Source: Folioceros fuciformis (taxonomy: Eukaryota). Taken from it: a DNA stretch of 52,228 bases. The notes under the pieces are model-generated. The model was given only the letters and a program-made list of their open reading frames with translations, ran no database searches and was not told the origin of the DNA. Below, one piece after another: positions 37,074 to 50,241 of the stretch (within the stretch, counting starts at the first letter, position 1; each line of letters starts with the position of its first letter). Both the position numbers and the translations under genes were made by a program. The DNA lies in NCBI GenBank assembly GCA_049999805.1, contig JBNGIO010005921.1, positions 62,001-114,228 on the forward strand, in the 5' to 3' direction.

Positions 37074-39535
37074 ATGCCTGTGGCGGCGTCCGCGATCTAC
37101 TTTCTGAATCTCAGGGGAGATGTTCTCATCAATCGGCTGTATCGGGACGATGTCGGGTATGATCTGGCTGGCTGGCTGCGGTGGAGCGAGCTGTTGTTGG
37201 CTGATGGATAAGATTAAGGATTTTTCTGCTGGGATACTGCAGAGGGAACATGGTTGACGCCTTCAGAACACATATCATGCAGACAAAGGATCTGGGGACG
37301 TGTCCTGTTCGACAGATAGGAGGCTGCTCCTTCCTGTACATGCGCATCAGCAATGTCTACATCGTCACTGTCGTCAGCACGAATGCAAATGCCGCTTGTG
37401 CCTTCAAGTTTGTTGTTGAGGTGCGCGTTTCCGCCTTGCCTTGCCTGGACGCAGCTGCTGTACGGCAGGTTTGGTTTTTCGTTGCCTTTTCTGTGCGAAT
37501 CCGATCCCTTGACACGTTTTTGAATATCCAACAACAGGCCGTGTCACTCTTCAAATCTTACTTCGGAGGAGCGTTTGATGAGGATGCAATCCGCAACAAT
37601 TTTGTGCTCATTTATGAGTTGCTGGACGGTAGGTTCCTTAGTCTTTTAGATTGATACAGACTTCCTGGTGGATGTGGAAGATCGGGTGACGGTGAGACTG
37701 AGCGGGGGTTGATTTCCTTGTGCCGTGTCGTCTGCTTTGATTCTTGTAGAAATTATGGATTTTGGCTATCCTCAGAATCTCTCTCCAGAGATTCTCAAGT
37801 TGTATATTACTCAGGAAGGTGTGAGGTCTACTTTCTCCTCTAAGGTAATTTAAAGTCCCTCCATTGAGATATGTCAATGCTAGTTCAGATTGTCGTCCCT
37901 GTACTCACGAAGTACTCTCCCGTGTGATTTTGGATGTCCCCTCCCCGGTCAGCCTCAAGATATAAGACCTCCCGTGAATGCCACTCTCCAAGTGACAGGG
38001 GCTGTCGGCTGGCGAAGAGAAGGGCTCGTCTATAAGAAGAATGAGGTGAGTCAACTTTTAGGTCATGGTGGAGAACCGCCCCTGTGTTTCCTCACATGTT
38101 TTTATAACTTATGGGCACCTTATGTGCAGGTTTTTCTCGACATTGTGGAGAGTGTCAACCTTTTGATGTCACAGAAGGGTTTGTGTGCTATCTGATGTTG
38201 GGTTCGTTCGTCTCCCAGTAATGGGCTATTCTTCCTCATATTCTGCCCCTTTCTTTTGCCAGGTACAATTCTGCGATGTGATGTCACAGGAAAGATCCTT
38301 ATGAAATGCTTTCTTTCCGGCATGCCTGAACTGAAACTTGGTCTAAATGATAAAATCGGCCTAGAGAAAGAAGCTCAAGTGAAAGCCCGTCCCTCGAGAA
38401 GGTACTGATTCATGTTGCATCTCCTGTAGCATCGTTTTTTACGTGGGAGCAGAGACTGAGAATCCTTGGTGGGATATGCAGTGGTAAGACGATTGAGCTC
38501 GATGATGTCACCTTTCATCAATGTGTGAACTTGACGAGATTCAACACAGAAAAGACTGTCAGCTTTGTTCCTCCAGATGGAGAGTTTGAGCTGATGAAGT
38601 AAGCTGTGGCAATGATACCAACTCGTGGATGACGGCTAGATTGTACTACAGTTTGTGGTAGTGAGTGACATCCATTTTTCTGGCAGGTATCGAATAACTG
38701 AGGGCATCAATCTTCCATTTCGTGTGATTCCAAGTATTAAGGAGTTGGGCCGTACCCGGATGGAAGTGAATGTGAAGGTAGTCCTTCGCTGGGTGTCCAT
38801 AATAAGATGTATGCATCCGCAACAAGGAGGAGCTAACTGTTTTGGTGAACTGTGTTTTTTAATTTGCAGGTCAAAAGTGTATTCGGTGCCAAGATGTTTG
38901 CCTTAGGTGTTGTTGTGAAGGTGCCGGTACCAAAGCATACGGCCAAGGCAAACTTTCAAGTGACTTCTGGCCGTGCCAAATATAATGCTGCCGTGGATTG
39001 TTTGGTCTGGAAGTAAGTACATCACAGGCAGCTTGACTTGAGGTCTTGCCCTGGTATCGTCACATGTATGAAGGCTTAACAAGAATGAGTTTTGCAGAGT
39101 AAGGAAATTTCCTGGACAATCAGAATTGACGATGAGTGCTGAGGTCGAGCTCATTTCAACGATGGTGGAGAAGAAGGCTTGGACAAGGCCACCTATACAG
39201 ATGGAGTTTCAGGTGATTTGAACAAACATTCTTCTGTTGAACTGTCAGACTGTCCATCCAGTGCATCCACCACTGAACTGAATCGTGGGAAATGGTTCCA
39301 GGTACCTATGTTCACCGCATCAGGTTTGCGGGTCCGGTTTCTCAAGGTACGTACCCTTGACAGGAAGCGTTCCAAAAACGCTAAGTCGCTTGTTGTTGGT
39401 GTTCTCCTCATGGAAGAGTTAGCTCCTTGACTAATGTCAGTCATGTATGAGCAGGTCTGGGAGAAAAGTGCGTATAGCACGGTGGAATGGGTGCGGTACA
39501 TAACAAGGGCTGGCTCGTATGAGATACGGTGCTGA
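37074..39535 (+). CDS. AP2M: AP-2 adaptor complex medium subunit mu2, multi-exon
   Basis: [108 protein letters not shown]. Confidence 0.98.
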
Positions 39536-40234
39536 CAAACATTTCAATACAGTGGGAACCTAGGGCAATTTGTTTTCTTGAAAGGTTGTATTCTAGCTCC
39601 CTATATAGCGACCACGATTTCAAATAAAAGGACCATTCCAAATTGCATGGCAGTGTCTCCCAGAGTGTTCTGCTGCTGACAGAAAATATACACGTTCTCT
39701 GCCTTGAAATCCTTTAGTAAGGAAGTCGCTCAACGCCTTGTTTGCGCTTACAGCTTGACGCGCTTCCAAACGTTTACAGATTCTCTTGGGCTAGCCCACG
39801 GTCGACAAATTAACGGATCACATAGTGGTCGCTTCAACGCTGAAAATGCATGCCCAATTCATGTAGCAAAATGTTAAACTCCCCACTTCAGGATTCAGCA
39901 ATAAGGTGACCTTCCCAGACTTACTTTCATTTGAACTAACGACGAAGTAAAGTCGCCAAACAGGGAGGGCCAGAGTGGGATGCTCGCATCTTCTTCCAAA
40001 CCCTTGCGTCCTGGCTCGTAGCTATTTCAAATGCCTCTAATGGGGTTCAGAGACCGCGGAAGCAAAAAATGCAGTGGTTGCAGTGAACCAACCTGATCCT
40101 GGACAAGGAAAATGATGAAAACAAAGCCGACTAGTGAGCAGCCAAGGAGGAGCATTGAATCCTGTCGGGCTGAGGCTCGACAGGAAACAAGCTTCAAGAC
40201 AATTGAGCACCTCGATTTCTGCCACGGCTCCAAG

Positions 40235-40843
40235 TCAGAGATAGATTCTGTGCACATCCTTGGGCCCCAGTTTCCTCCTACACGATGGACACTTCTTCTG
40301 AGTCCGAATCGCGGCAGTAATACAGTTTCTACAGAACAGATGGCCGCACACAGTAGACATTTCCTCCTTCATCACATCTAGGCAGATGGCACATGCCAGC
40401 CTCACAGGCACCTGCTGTGCAGCTTGCCGCTGTTTCTTATTGGCTACCTGCGGCATCTCCTTGATCACAACACAATCGTCACTCGAGTCATAATACACTG
40501 GACCCCGCTGCCCTAGGGCTTGCCCTGCCCGCCCTGAATGAAGCTCCGCGGTATTCCGGGTCCGCCTCCGTTGCACCCTCCTGTCACAAGACGCAGACGC
40601 CCGGGCCCGGGCAATTGATTGGGGTGAGGACACCTGCACGTCGTCATCCTCGTCGTCGTCCAAAATGATGGTAGCGTTGCCTGGCATGTTACTCCCCTGC
40701 CCAGACGCACTCTTCTCCTCCGACTCCTCCCGCTCCTCCCGAAAGGCCACATTGAGATCCACTACCTGCCTCTCCCTTTTCCGTTTTCTGCTCATCACCT
40801 CCTCCTCGGACGTTGCCTCCGCCCTGCCGCCCCCCGTAGCCAT
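40235..40843 (-). CDS. C3HC4 RING E3 ligase with SUMO-interacting-like motifs (RNF4/STUbL-like), single exon; alternative start at 40936
   Basis: C-terminal CAICLDVMKEEMSTVCGHLFCRNCITAAIRTQKKCPSCRRKL. SIM-like VVDLN, IILDDDEDDD, DDCVVIKE. Confidence 0.85.
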   Translation of the reverse strand: MATGGGRAEATSEEEVMSRKRKRERQVVDLNVAFREEREESEEKSASGQGSNMPGNATIILDDDEDDDVQVSSPQSIARARASASCDRRVQRRRTRNTAELHSGRAGQALGQRGPVYYDSSDDCVVIKEMPQVANKKQRQAAQQVPVRLACAICLDVMKEEMSTVCGHLFCRNCITAAIRTQKKCPSCRRKLGPKDVHRIYL

Positions 40844-41758
40844 GGTCGTCAAGCTTGGCCCATATGCCGGCCCCAGCAGTCTCCCAACTGGATCTGGCAC
40901 CACTACCCCGATACGCAGCCCTTCCCCTAGCCGCATGGACGCCACCTTCCTGCAGCCACACACCACCAGTCCCCCACACATGCACACAAGTACTGTCAAT
41001 CACCTCCTCCCAAACCCTACCAAAGCAACAAGCCACCACAGCCACGCTACCACCCCGCCATGGCTTGCCTTTATATAAACCGCAATCAACCCAGAATCCA
41101 ACTCAACCCGAAGCCACACCTGCAACCCTCACCACCAGTCGCCTCCACAATTGCCTGCGACTTCCTGTCCCTGGCCCATAAACTGAAGAACTTTCGCAGG
41201 AAGGATCGCCGCTGCTCCTACTCCTTTCTTCTGGTACGTTCCTCCTGGGAGCTCACCCTCGCCCTCGGACGGTACATGCAAGAAATTAGGTTGTGACCGT
41301 GTCCATACATATGTACATACAAGCAACACCACATCGTAAATCAGCACCGAGATTGCGATGATGCTATATGGCATACATGCCTGTCGCAGCAGTGCCACAC
41401 CCGGGCAGTCACGATTTCCGAGACTGGCCCACGACTGGCTGGCGCTGTACTTACGTTTCTATCATTTCTCGGCGAGTCGATTGCTCGAGGCTTTGTGCGG
41501 ACAGCTAAATTCCATTCCTTGGCACGGCACCACTCGATCTGTTCGCTTATGCAACATCTAGGGAGTTTCCTTTCTAGATGTAGATACCTCGGCTCCACAC
41601 CGTGTTCCCAATTACGAAGACGGCTTCAGCCGTAACCACATCGTCCGCCCGCTTAACGGGCGTTACACAACTTGACAGCCGGGTGACCCTTCCTTGTCAG
41701 AGCGGGGTTCGGTATTGTCGCGCTCGGTGGCAGCCCCACGGAGGTACTAGGCCAGGGG

Positions 41759-43818
41759 TCACGTGTTGGAGCCTTGATCGCGCGCTTGTCTCAGAGCTTT
41801 GATGCATTTCCTGATCTGCAAATAGGGGTAGGTAGGGGGAGGGACGAAGGGACGGGTGGAGTCAGAGTATGTAATGTGCAGTGCGAAGTGCGGAGTTGGA
41901 GACGGAAGGCAGGCCGAGCACCTCGAACAGCCCGTGGTGCATTGCGCATGCCTGCTCGAACCAGTCGAGAGCCGAGTTGTAGTCCTTGATGGCAGCGTAG
42001 CAGAGTCCTAGGCCTGCAGCATTCTGGAGGTTAGGGTTTGGGGATGTGCGGAGTGCAGAACTGTGGTGAGGTGAGAACAACGAACCGCTCCTGGCAGCGA
42101 AGTGGTGAGGGTTCAGTTCCAGCGTGGTCTTGCAGTCCTGTATTGACTTGTCGTAGTCCTGCCATGGCGCCTGAGTCAGGTCTCGGCTAGGATGAGCAGG
42201 AAGATAGGGTTTGTGATAGGACGACACTTACTCCCATGAGGTAGTACACAGTTGCCCGCTTGTTGTAGCCTTCTGCAAAGGAAGGTGACTTTTCTATTAC
42301 CTGGACACGAAAGCTTTGGATGGTGAGATCACCAGGGTAGGGTGAAAGACAGGTAAAATACTGAGAAGTGCTGACAACCTAACCTGGGTGAAGATATCCC
42401 TCGCAGCCGCGTACGTGTCTGATTTCTGAAGGAGATTGACACCCTCCTGCACACCAGATTGGTACCGTGATTACTTTCAGTCTGTAGGTGGCACCGGGTC
42501 AGGGGACTTAGCTGGTAAGAGCTCACCTGCAGGAGTCCGTCTGTTTCAGGATTTCCTGAACGCATGAAGATTTTCCACAGTGCCTGAAACAGGGTGGACG
42601 TGATCAGTCCGCACATCCACGTGACAGCAATGGGAATGATGGAGAGGACCTGAGTGCACCTTTTCTGTTCTGTACATGACTGCAGCATTGCTGTCCATTA
42701 GCCCGCTCATCAAGCTCGATAGCACTCGTCTGTCTCCCTGTTCTCCCAATGTCTACAGTAGCATGACACTGGCGGTCATCACACGAAATGTATTCAAGGG
42801 CCTTAGACACCATCAGAGTCGACTCTCCTACCACTGCAACTTACATCGACAGCTTCAAGCTTCTGGCTAAGGTCTCCTGATTTCAGCTGGTCCACCTTCT
42901 CCAGCAGAAACTGGAAAGCACAGAGCCACCAGTGAATTAAAAGTGCGTGCCACCACCCAAAACGAGGTGACTCAAACTCTACAACCTCCAGACACGAATG
43001 AAAGTGACCTGCTCGGTAGGCGTCAACTGACCCTTCAGATCCTTCAGCTGGTCCCGCAACCTGGGCAGAAGCTTTACAGCCATCACCCTTGACTGCAATC
43101 GGTAGCCTATCTGTACGACACCAGTAGTTACCAGACCTACCTACGAGCACTGGAGCAAGAGATAACAAACATTGCAAGTGCAAGCACCTCTTGGCTTCGG
43201 CATAGTTCTCCTCTGATACCACAACCGCCAGCTGCCTGCAACACAATCCCATCAGTCAGGGAAACAACCACCCAAAATATAACCACTCCTTCAACACAGA
43301 AGCTGCATCCATCCACTCATCCATACCTTCCTAGCAGAGAAATTCGTTCCCACACATGTGCCTCCTCTGCTCCCATGTCCATATCAGGTGGCACAGCAAA
43401 GAGCTGTCGTCACAGTTCCGATTTTCAGTGACCACAAAAGACACCCTTTTCCAGGCTTCCACCAATTGCAAACACCCAACGCAAAAACGCACCTTCCGCA
43501 GTCTGCATGGAGGTCCCCGTACCCTCATCACACCCACATTCTTCACCACATGCCCAGTATACCCAGAGCTCACCGATGGTTGCTCAGACCCGATTCCTAC
43601 AGCAAACAGTGAATTCCATCCACGTTGCCCCCACTTCCACATTAACTGCTTCAAACGACACCCACAACCAGCACACAAGAGAGGGAAATCCAAGGGTGTC
43701 CATTACTAGAGCCAGAAGATGAGCAGCTGACACAGGACACCCAATTCCCCATGGATGGAGCCATCCGCGGGACACTCGTAAAGCACATCTTCAACCTCGA
43801 TGTATTGATGGCCGCCAT
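41759..43818 (-). CDS. UVR-coil + HEAT-like + TPR protein, probably plastid-targeted, multi-exon
   Basis: Exons VVSEENYAEAKR|LRDQLKDLK (UVR), LGEQGDRRVLSSLMSGLMD (HEAT-like), ALWKIFMRSG, SFAEGYNKRATVYYLMG, DYDKSIQDCKTTLELNPHHFAARSG|LGLCY (TPR). S/T-rich N-terminus. Start codon inferred. Confidence 0.75.
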
Positions 43819-44139
43819 GCGTGTCCCCCTAACACACACCCAGTTCCCTCAATGCCTCACCCGCCACAGCATCAACCTTTCAAGCCTCAAGCCCGACCCG
43901 AAAAGCCCAGCTGCCTACGGATCCAATCAACTCAATCTGCTGCAGTTCAAAGATAATCAGCTCTGACACTTGGCACTGGCAGTAGGCCGGGGCTACAACG
44001 CGCAGGCGCAGGCTGTGGTTCCACTCCGGTCCTGCATTTCATGAGCCAAAGTAGGAAACCCACGAGCTCGAACTCAATGTACAGCTTCGGTTTCTCGTTT
44101 TCTTTTCAAACTACCTACTCGTCAGCCAATTCTTAGGGA

Positions 44140-47100
44140 ATCAATACCCACAAGGAAAGAGATGATTTGTGGACTGTCCACTAGCCTGATCTAATGCCCT
44201 TCGTTCTTGCTAGCCCTTGATCTTGATGTTTAAGTCAATTGAAATTGAGGTTTTAAATATTCTAGTACTATTCGACCAAATTTGTTGTTCAAGGGAAGGG
44301 ATGGGATCGCATCGCATCACAAGTAAGCGTCACACTAGTCTTCTCGAAGGTTGGGCGATGGGACGGCAATGGCAATTGCAGCACACCATACGGCTAGCCT
44401 TGCAGCTAATATTTTCGTCTATGTTCTCTTGCGTTGAAGGCTTGTTGTGGTCTCCAACATATTCGTTAATTCCCCTTCTATTAAACAAGAGATGATTTCT
44501 CATTTCACACCAGTGCCCTCCACAAGATAGATACTGCAAATGCCCTACCATTCCACCCGGTCTTGCACGTAACGTTGAACCTGAAGGTCAAAAAGGCATA
44601 TAGGAATGGTGTGAACAATTTATCTCCAAGACCTTTTCTTGTATAAGATAGGGCTTTCTTACACATTAATCATAATACCAAGCATTGTACACATCAATAA
44701 TAATATAAGCCATTGTACACATTAACCATATTATCAAGCATTGTCAGGGAATCTATCTACCTTTTATGGATAGCAACATGTATGGCAAGGACTACTCTTA
44801 CTACATGCTATCTAATCTATCTAGGTTTTTTTGGCTAGCTACATGTGTGGCAAGAACTACTACGCTTGCTACATGCCATCTACCTTTGACAAGCAAAACC
44901 ATGGCTACGATGGGATCCGATCTGGCCTTGCATTCTCGTGATGTCCTTGAGGGTGGCTGCCCTTGGCACGGCCAGCTGACACCTAGCTAAGCTTGCACCC
45001 CCCACTCCCCCCTAGTCAAGGAAAGGAAAGCAACCCCATCGGACTTTTGCCCTTATTCCACATCCGTTTGTAGGTTCACTACACGGAGAGGGCAGGGACA
45101 ACTTGTTACCCTACTTCACCACCACCTCAAGTTGTTGAAGCTAGATGAGACATTAAGGGGGATCCCTTCTTTTCACGCTGTGGTGTCCTCTGGTCCCTAG
45201 GCCAAATCAATTGGCCACCTACACACCTTCTGCTAGATCCCACATGCCCCTGTTCTTCAAAGCCATGTGACCATGGAAAAAAAAAATGGCTAGCAAATCC
45301 TAATTCAAAGCTTCCATGGCACCGACCCATTTTTGGACTCCTCCTGGCACCTTCTGCTAGATCCCACATGCCCCTGTTCGTCAAAGCCATGTGACCATGG
45401 AAACAAAAAATGGCTAGCAAATCCTAATTCAAAGCTTCCATGGCACCGACCCATTTTTGGACTCCTCCTGGCAAGAGAAGTCTATCTCCGTGTTTGAAGT
45501 TGAGCTAGCTCGAATCAGTCCATCGAGTGACGGGACCAAGGCGGCGAGGTTAATATCTAATGCATGTAGCCTCTTATATCAAAGCATGGGGCAGTGGGAC
45601 TAAGGGGGTGGGTCAACAAGAAACCATGTGGCGACTGGATCAAGCATTTAACATCTCCAAGTTTGAAGTTGGGTTAGCTCGGATCAAAAGGTTAATATCA
45701 ACGTGTTTGAAGTTGAGCTAGCTTGGATCAGTTTGTTGGGTGATTGGACCAAGTAGGTGGGATTAATATCTAATGCATGTAGCTTCTCATATCAAGCCGT
45801 GGGGTGACCGAACTAAGGGGGAGGGTCAACAGCAAACCATCTGCAGATCGCGTCACGAGTTTAACATCTCCAAGTTTAAAACTGGGTTAGCTCGGATTAG
45901 GAGGTTTGTATCTTGTGACCCTAGTGCTTGGAGCTACACCCACTCGTAGCCCTTGCAAACCTAATTGCTCACAATCTAAAGTTGAGAAGCATGCACACCA
46001 CTCATCTCACCACATACTTGGTGGTTGCTATAGCTCCCTTTCTTCACGAATTCCTCCTATATGGAACATGCATATATGTTCCATATATGGAACTTAGTAC
46101 TTAACAACTTTTATCATAGGATACTTGACTACTTTCTTCAAATTTAAAGGACATCTTTCCTTTTAAAGACCTCATAAGATACCCAATTACTTGCTCCAAA
46201 GAGAAGGAGTGGTACTCAACAACTTGTACCATAGAATACTTGGCTACTTGCTCCAAAGGACAAGCTTTTGTTTAAGCACTCCATAGGATATTGGGCTACT
46301 TGCTGCAAAGGGCATTCTTTCGTTCAAGCGCTCCATAAGATACATGGCTACTTGCTCTAAAGGACATCCTTCTCTTTAGGCACCCTATCTAAGCACTCAA
46401 GGTCCCATTCCTTTGCTCCGAAGAGCATCCTTCTCTTTAGTAGTAGCATAGAATATACTCCTGAGGAAAGAATATCATTGATAGCAAGTAGCTAGGATAT
46501 CCTACGGGGTCCCTCCAAGGAAGGATGCCAATGGTAGCAAAAGGCATCTAAGTACTCAAGGTCCCATTCCTTTGCTCCAAAGGGCATCCTTCTCTTTAGT
46601 AGTAGCAAAGAATATACTCTTGAGGAAAGAATGTCATTGATAGCAAGTAGCTAGGATATCCTATGGGGTCCCTCCAAGGAAGGATGCCAATGGTAGCAAA
46701 AGGCTTGGGCTTCTCTACATGAATTTGACCTCTAGCAGCCACACTTATCCTACTGTCAATGATATGGTCTAATTCCTTTCCACATAGGAGAGATGGATTT
46801 CTTGCTGAGGTGAATGAAAGGTTAGATTGGTATGGTCTATTTCCTTTCCATAAAGGAGTGATGGATTTCTTGTTGTTGTGGATGAAAGGTTAGACTCTCC
46901 ATTTCCTCAAACCTCTAATCTATCACTATCTGTGATAGCTCATCACGGTGATCAACACCCATCAAGATATAGATTATTTATGGATTGGCCAATGACACGA
47001 TGCCTTCCTTGGGCTATGGATTCTTGCTAGCCCTTAACCTTCGATGTTTAAATCAATTCAAATTAAGGTAAAACGATTCTAGTATTATTTGACCAAATTT

Positions 47101-47225
47101 ATTTTTCAAGGGTGATAGGATCGTCACACCACAACTAAGAATCACAGCATGGGCGATGGGACGGCAACGGCAATTCTACACACCAGACGGCTAGCCTTGA
47201 AACAAAATACTGCATCTACGTTTTC
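44140..47225. mobile_element. ~3.1-kb non-coding island bounded by diverged ~280-bp direct repeats (44140-44428, 46951-47225); possible old non-autonomous LTR-type element
   Basis: Both ends share TTCTTGCTAGCCCTT..GATGTTTAA.TCAATT.AAATT.AGG..TTCTAGTA.TATT..GACCAAATTT..TTCAAGGG..TGGGCGATGGGACGGCAA.GGCAATT..CACACCA.ACGGCTAGCCTTG. No gag/pol, PBS or TSD recognised. Confidence 0.45.
45228..46895. repeat. Series of local tandem duplications (~122 bp x2, ~210 bp x2, ~60-70 bp x5, ~158 bp x2, ~65 bp x2)
   Basis: Examples: 45228-45350 vs 45351-45473; 45490-45690 vs 45702-45905; CATAGGATACTTGGCTACTTGCTCCAAAG repeats in 46090-46380; 46388-46545 vs 46547-46704. Confidence 0.9.
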
Positions 47226-47559
47226 AGTCTTCTTCCACACGAAGGGAGGGAGTTTTTTTTTGAATTGGATCAGAACTTAACTTTCGACGTTTTCTACACG
47301 ACATTCCGAGTTTCTTCGTAGCTGGTGCGTAACGAAGAAGGCCTTGCTTGACGATTGTAACGATGCGTTGAGTGGATCGGAGGGGTGCAAGGTGGTTGAG
47401 CCATCGGAATGTGCATCCTGGAGATCCAGGCTCTGCCAGATTAGGTCTGGAGCTGATCGCGCACGGGAGCTCCACGGACGGATAGCTCATGTTTCTTGTC
47501 CGAACTCCGCTGGTGCTTTTTCGCATCGTAGCCTCAGGCTGCGTGTGCTGCTTCAAGCT

Positions 47560-50241
47560 ATGGGAGTTCCACGTCAGATTGATGGAATGAAATCGATGTG
47601 TTTCATACCTGGGGTGAGTGATTTCACGCTGCACGGGAGTGGGCCATGGAAGCGGGTGTCGCGTTTCCCGGGCCTGGCTACGGCACTCACAGTGGTCGCT
47701 GCTGGAGCTGCAATTCTTGCCTTGAGATACACAGGTCATTCGGGTCGTGTTGCGTCTGTCTGCACTCCCTTGAGTTGGAGGTGGTACAGTTCCACGGTGG
47801 AGGAGCTGGGAGTGCCTGGACTCAAGAACCCTGGCAACAGATGCTTTCTCAACGTCGTCCTGCAGGCATGATGCATGGCCGGAGGCTGGTGCTACAATTG
47901 AGATTGCATGCTTGCGGATAGGAGGTCACTGATTGGTGTCTTGTTTTTTGGCAGGCATTGGCAAGCTCTGAGGAGTTCATATCCTTTCTGGCACTCGATT
48001 GCCGGTTAGCTAGGCGGATTGACTGTAGCCTGTCTTTGGCAGCACCTTTGCTAGAACTTCTAACTGGTCGGTGAATTTGTGGATGCATTGTGGCAGCAGG
48101 CAAACCGAACTGGTCTGTTCATTTGTGTGTGTGTTGCAATGACAGAGCTCTCCGCAACGACATCTGAACGTACGGTGGCAGACTCTCGTGTTGTGATGCG
48201 CATTCTCGAAGATTATTCGAGGGGTTTCGATCTTAGTCGGCAGCAGGTATGTGCTCGCGTGATGACTTTCAAGGGTCGTTCGTATGTCAGGTGCTTTGGT
48301 CGAGCTGAAGGTGATCTCAATGAATGATGTGGAGTGCTTTGCAGGACGCTGCAGAGTTCCTTAATCGTCTGGCAGAACTGCTGAAAACAGAGCGTAATAC
48401 CTTCTTTCAGAAACTACAACCCGATGTGGACTCGTTTGCAAATGTTCCGCTCATAGCCAGTGATGCGGATCCAAGTGCACGACGTCGTAGAGTCACGTCT
48501 GAGGACAGTAAGAGGCAGAGGTTGCCTTGTCCACTGGAGGGAAGAACTCAGAGTTTGATGTCCTGCCAAGAGTGTGATCACAAGGTTGCAAGATGTGCAG
48601 GACCACAGTGTGCTTTCCTTGGATGTTCAGTGCATCTTCTCAGAAAAAACGTGCAGAATATTCAACATCTTGTCCTTGTCTGACGTTGCCCATGCAGTTC
48701 CCGAGTAATTTGGAAGGTTTCATCAGCATCCCCCTTGCACTTCCAAGCCAGAGTGGAATCGTTGTGAGTATTCTGATGCTTTGCCCTCTAAGAGGAGTCA
48801 TTCCTCGTTACCATAGGCGATCCATTTACATCATCAATGGTTGCAGATGGAAGGATGTGATATCCGTCGTTGTCTCAACCAGTACACATCAATTGAGGTG
48901 GTTTCTGACGTTACATGCATTCGGTGTACACACCGAGCTTCAGCACAACTCCAGCAGGAGCATGGGTTTCTCAAACAGCTTGTAGGTAGTTAGTTTCTGC
49001 TTCCCCGATGATATTTGCAGTTTAACTGAAGCTTGTGCTGTTCATTGACTGTGCTCATCGACCGCTGACAGATACGAGGATGTAGTTTGGATGATGAGTG
49101 CCAGTGTAAGGATGTCACAGTTCAAATGGGAGGAACATGGAGGAAGGTGAATACACAGGTTCATAGACGCCTCATGATAGCATGTGCTCCAAAGGTGATG
49201 CCCATAATGCATAACCCTGTCCTCACACATACTTAATATGCCCATCCTTCTCTGGGGTCTCATCTTGGCCTTAAGAGGAATTGATCCGAGTTTCTGTGAC
49301 TGCAATTGTTAGGTATCCAATTGTCCTAGGCCCTGTCAAACGGGGCTCATCTTAAAGTGGTGCTAACAGATGACTGAGTTGTACCTCCTTTGGAAGTGAC
49401 TGATGCTGTGCATCCTTGAGCTGTGCAGGTTTTGTGTCTTCAAATTCCTCGAGCAAGGTGTAGCAATTCTGACGATGGTTATGCACGACCGCGAAAATTG
49501 AAGGTTGGTGATGACATTCCAGCTGGTTTGGGTCATGACACTGGAGTTTTCTCTTTGGGACGTCTGGGCTCTTCGAACTCAGGCTGATGTCATGGGTTTG
49601 GGACGACCTTGTGCCAAGATCAGTATGATGCTGACGTCAAGATCTATATGTAGGGTCATGTTAAATTCCCAACATTCCTGGACCTGTCCCGATACATGAT
49701 TACATTCGTCCACACAGACAGACAAGGTGATGCTAATATTCCTCAAATTCTGCTTTTGCTTAGAAGAACTGCGTTTTTCAGTTACTTCTGTGATTCCCCC
49801 AGGACCCAATGGTCGCTGCTTCTTGATGTTTTTTGGGCAACGTTGTCCTGACCCCTAGAAGACACTCCAGCTCGATTCAGTATGCAAGGTGATGGGAATG
49901 CTGGTGACCTGGTGGGTCAACCAAGTGCTACTGGTGGCACGTCGTATGAGAGGGCTACCCCAAGAACCATGTACGAGCTCTTGTCCGTGGTCGAGCATCA
50001 AGGTTATGCACCTGATAGTGGCCACTTTGCGGTCTATCGAAGGGTCAGAATTTCTAAGCCGAAGGGTGACATCCACAGGCTTTCAACACAGCCTCGGGAC
50101 AGTGGTGAAGTACCTGCATCTGGTCCCCTGACTGGCTCTGTATGGTTTAAGGTGTCAGACTCTGAGGTGTCCAGAGTTTCTGAAGAGGTTGTCCTGAAGG
50201 CTGAGGCTTCGCTCCTCTTCTACCAACAAATAGCTGATTAG
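47560..50241 (+). CDS. Ubiquitin-specific protease, UBP27/USP30-like, with N-terminal hydrophobic anchor; multi-exon (start 47560 or 47587)
   Basis: Cys-box GLKNPGNRCFLNVVLQ|ALAS, QQ|DAAEFL, PLEG..SCQEC, His-box YELLSVVEHQGYAPDSGHFAVYRR, WFKVSDSEV..EASLLFY. Hydrophobic LATALTVVAAGAAILAL. Confidence 0.9.

Noticed and set aside
15738..50241. Functional 'ubiquitin cluster' (ALF4, STUbL RING, UBP27-like)
   Set aside because: The genes are far apart, interspersed with unrelated housekeeping genes, and belong to very large functional classes.
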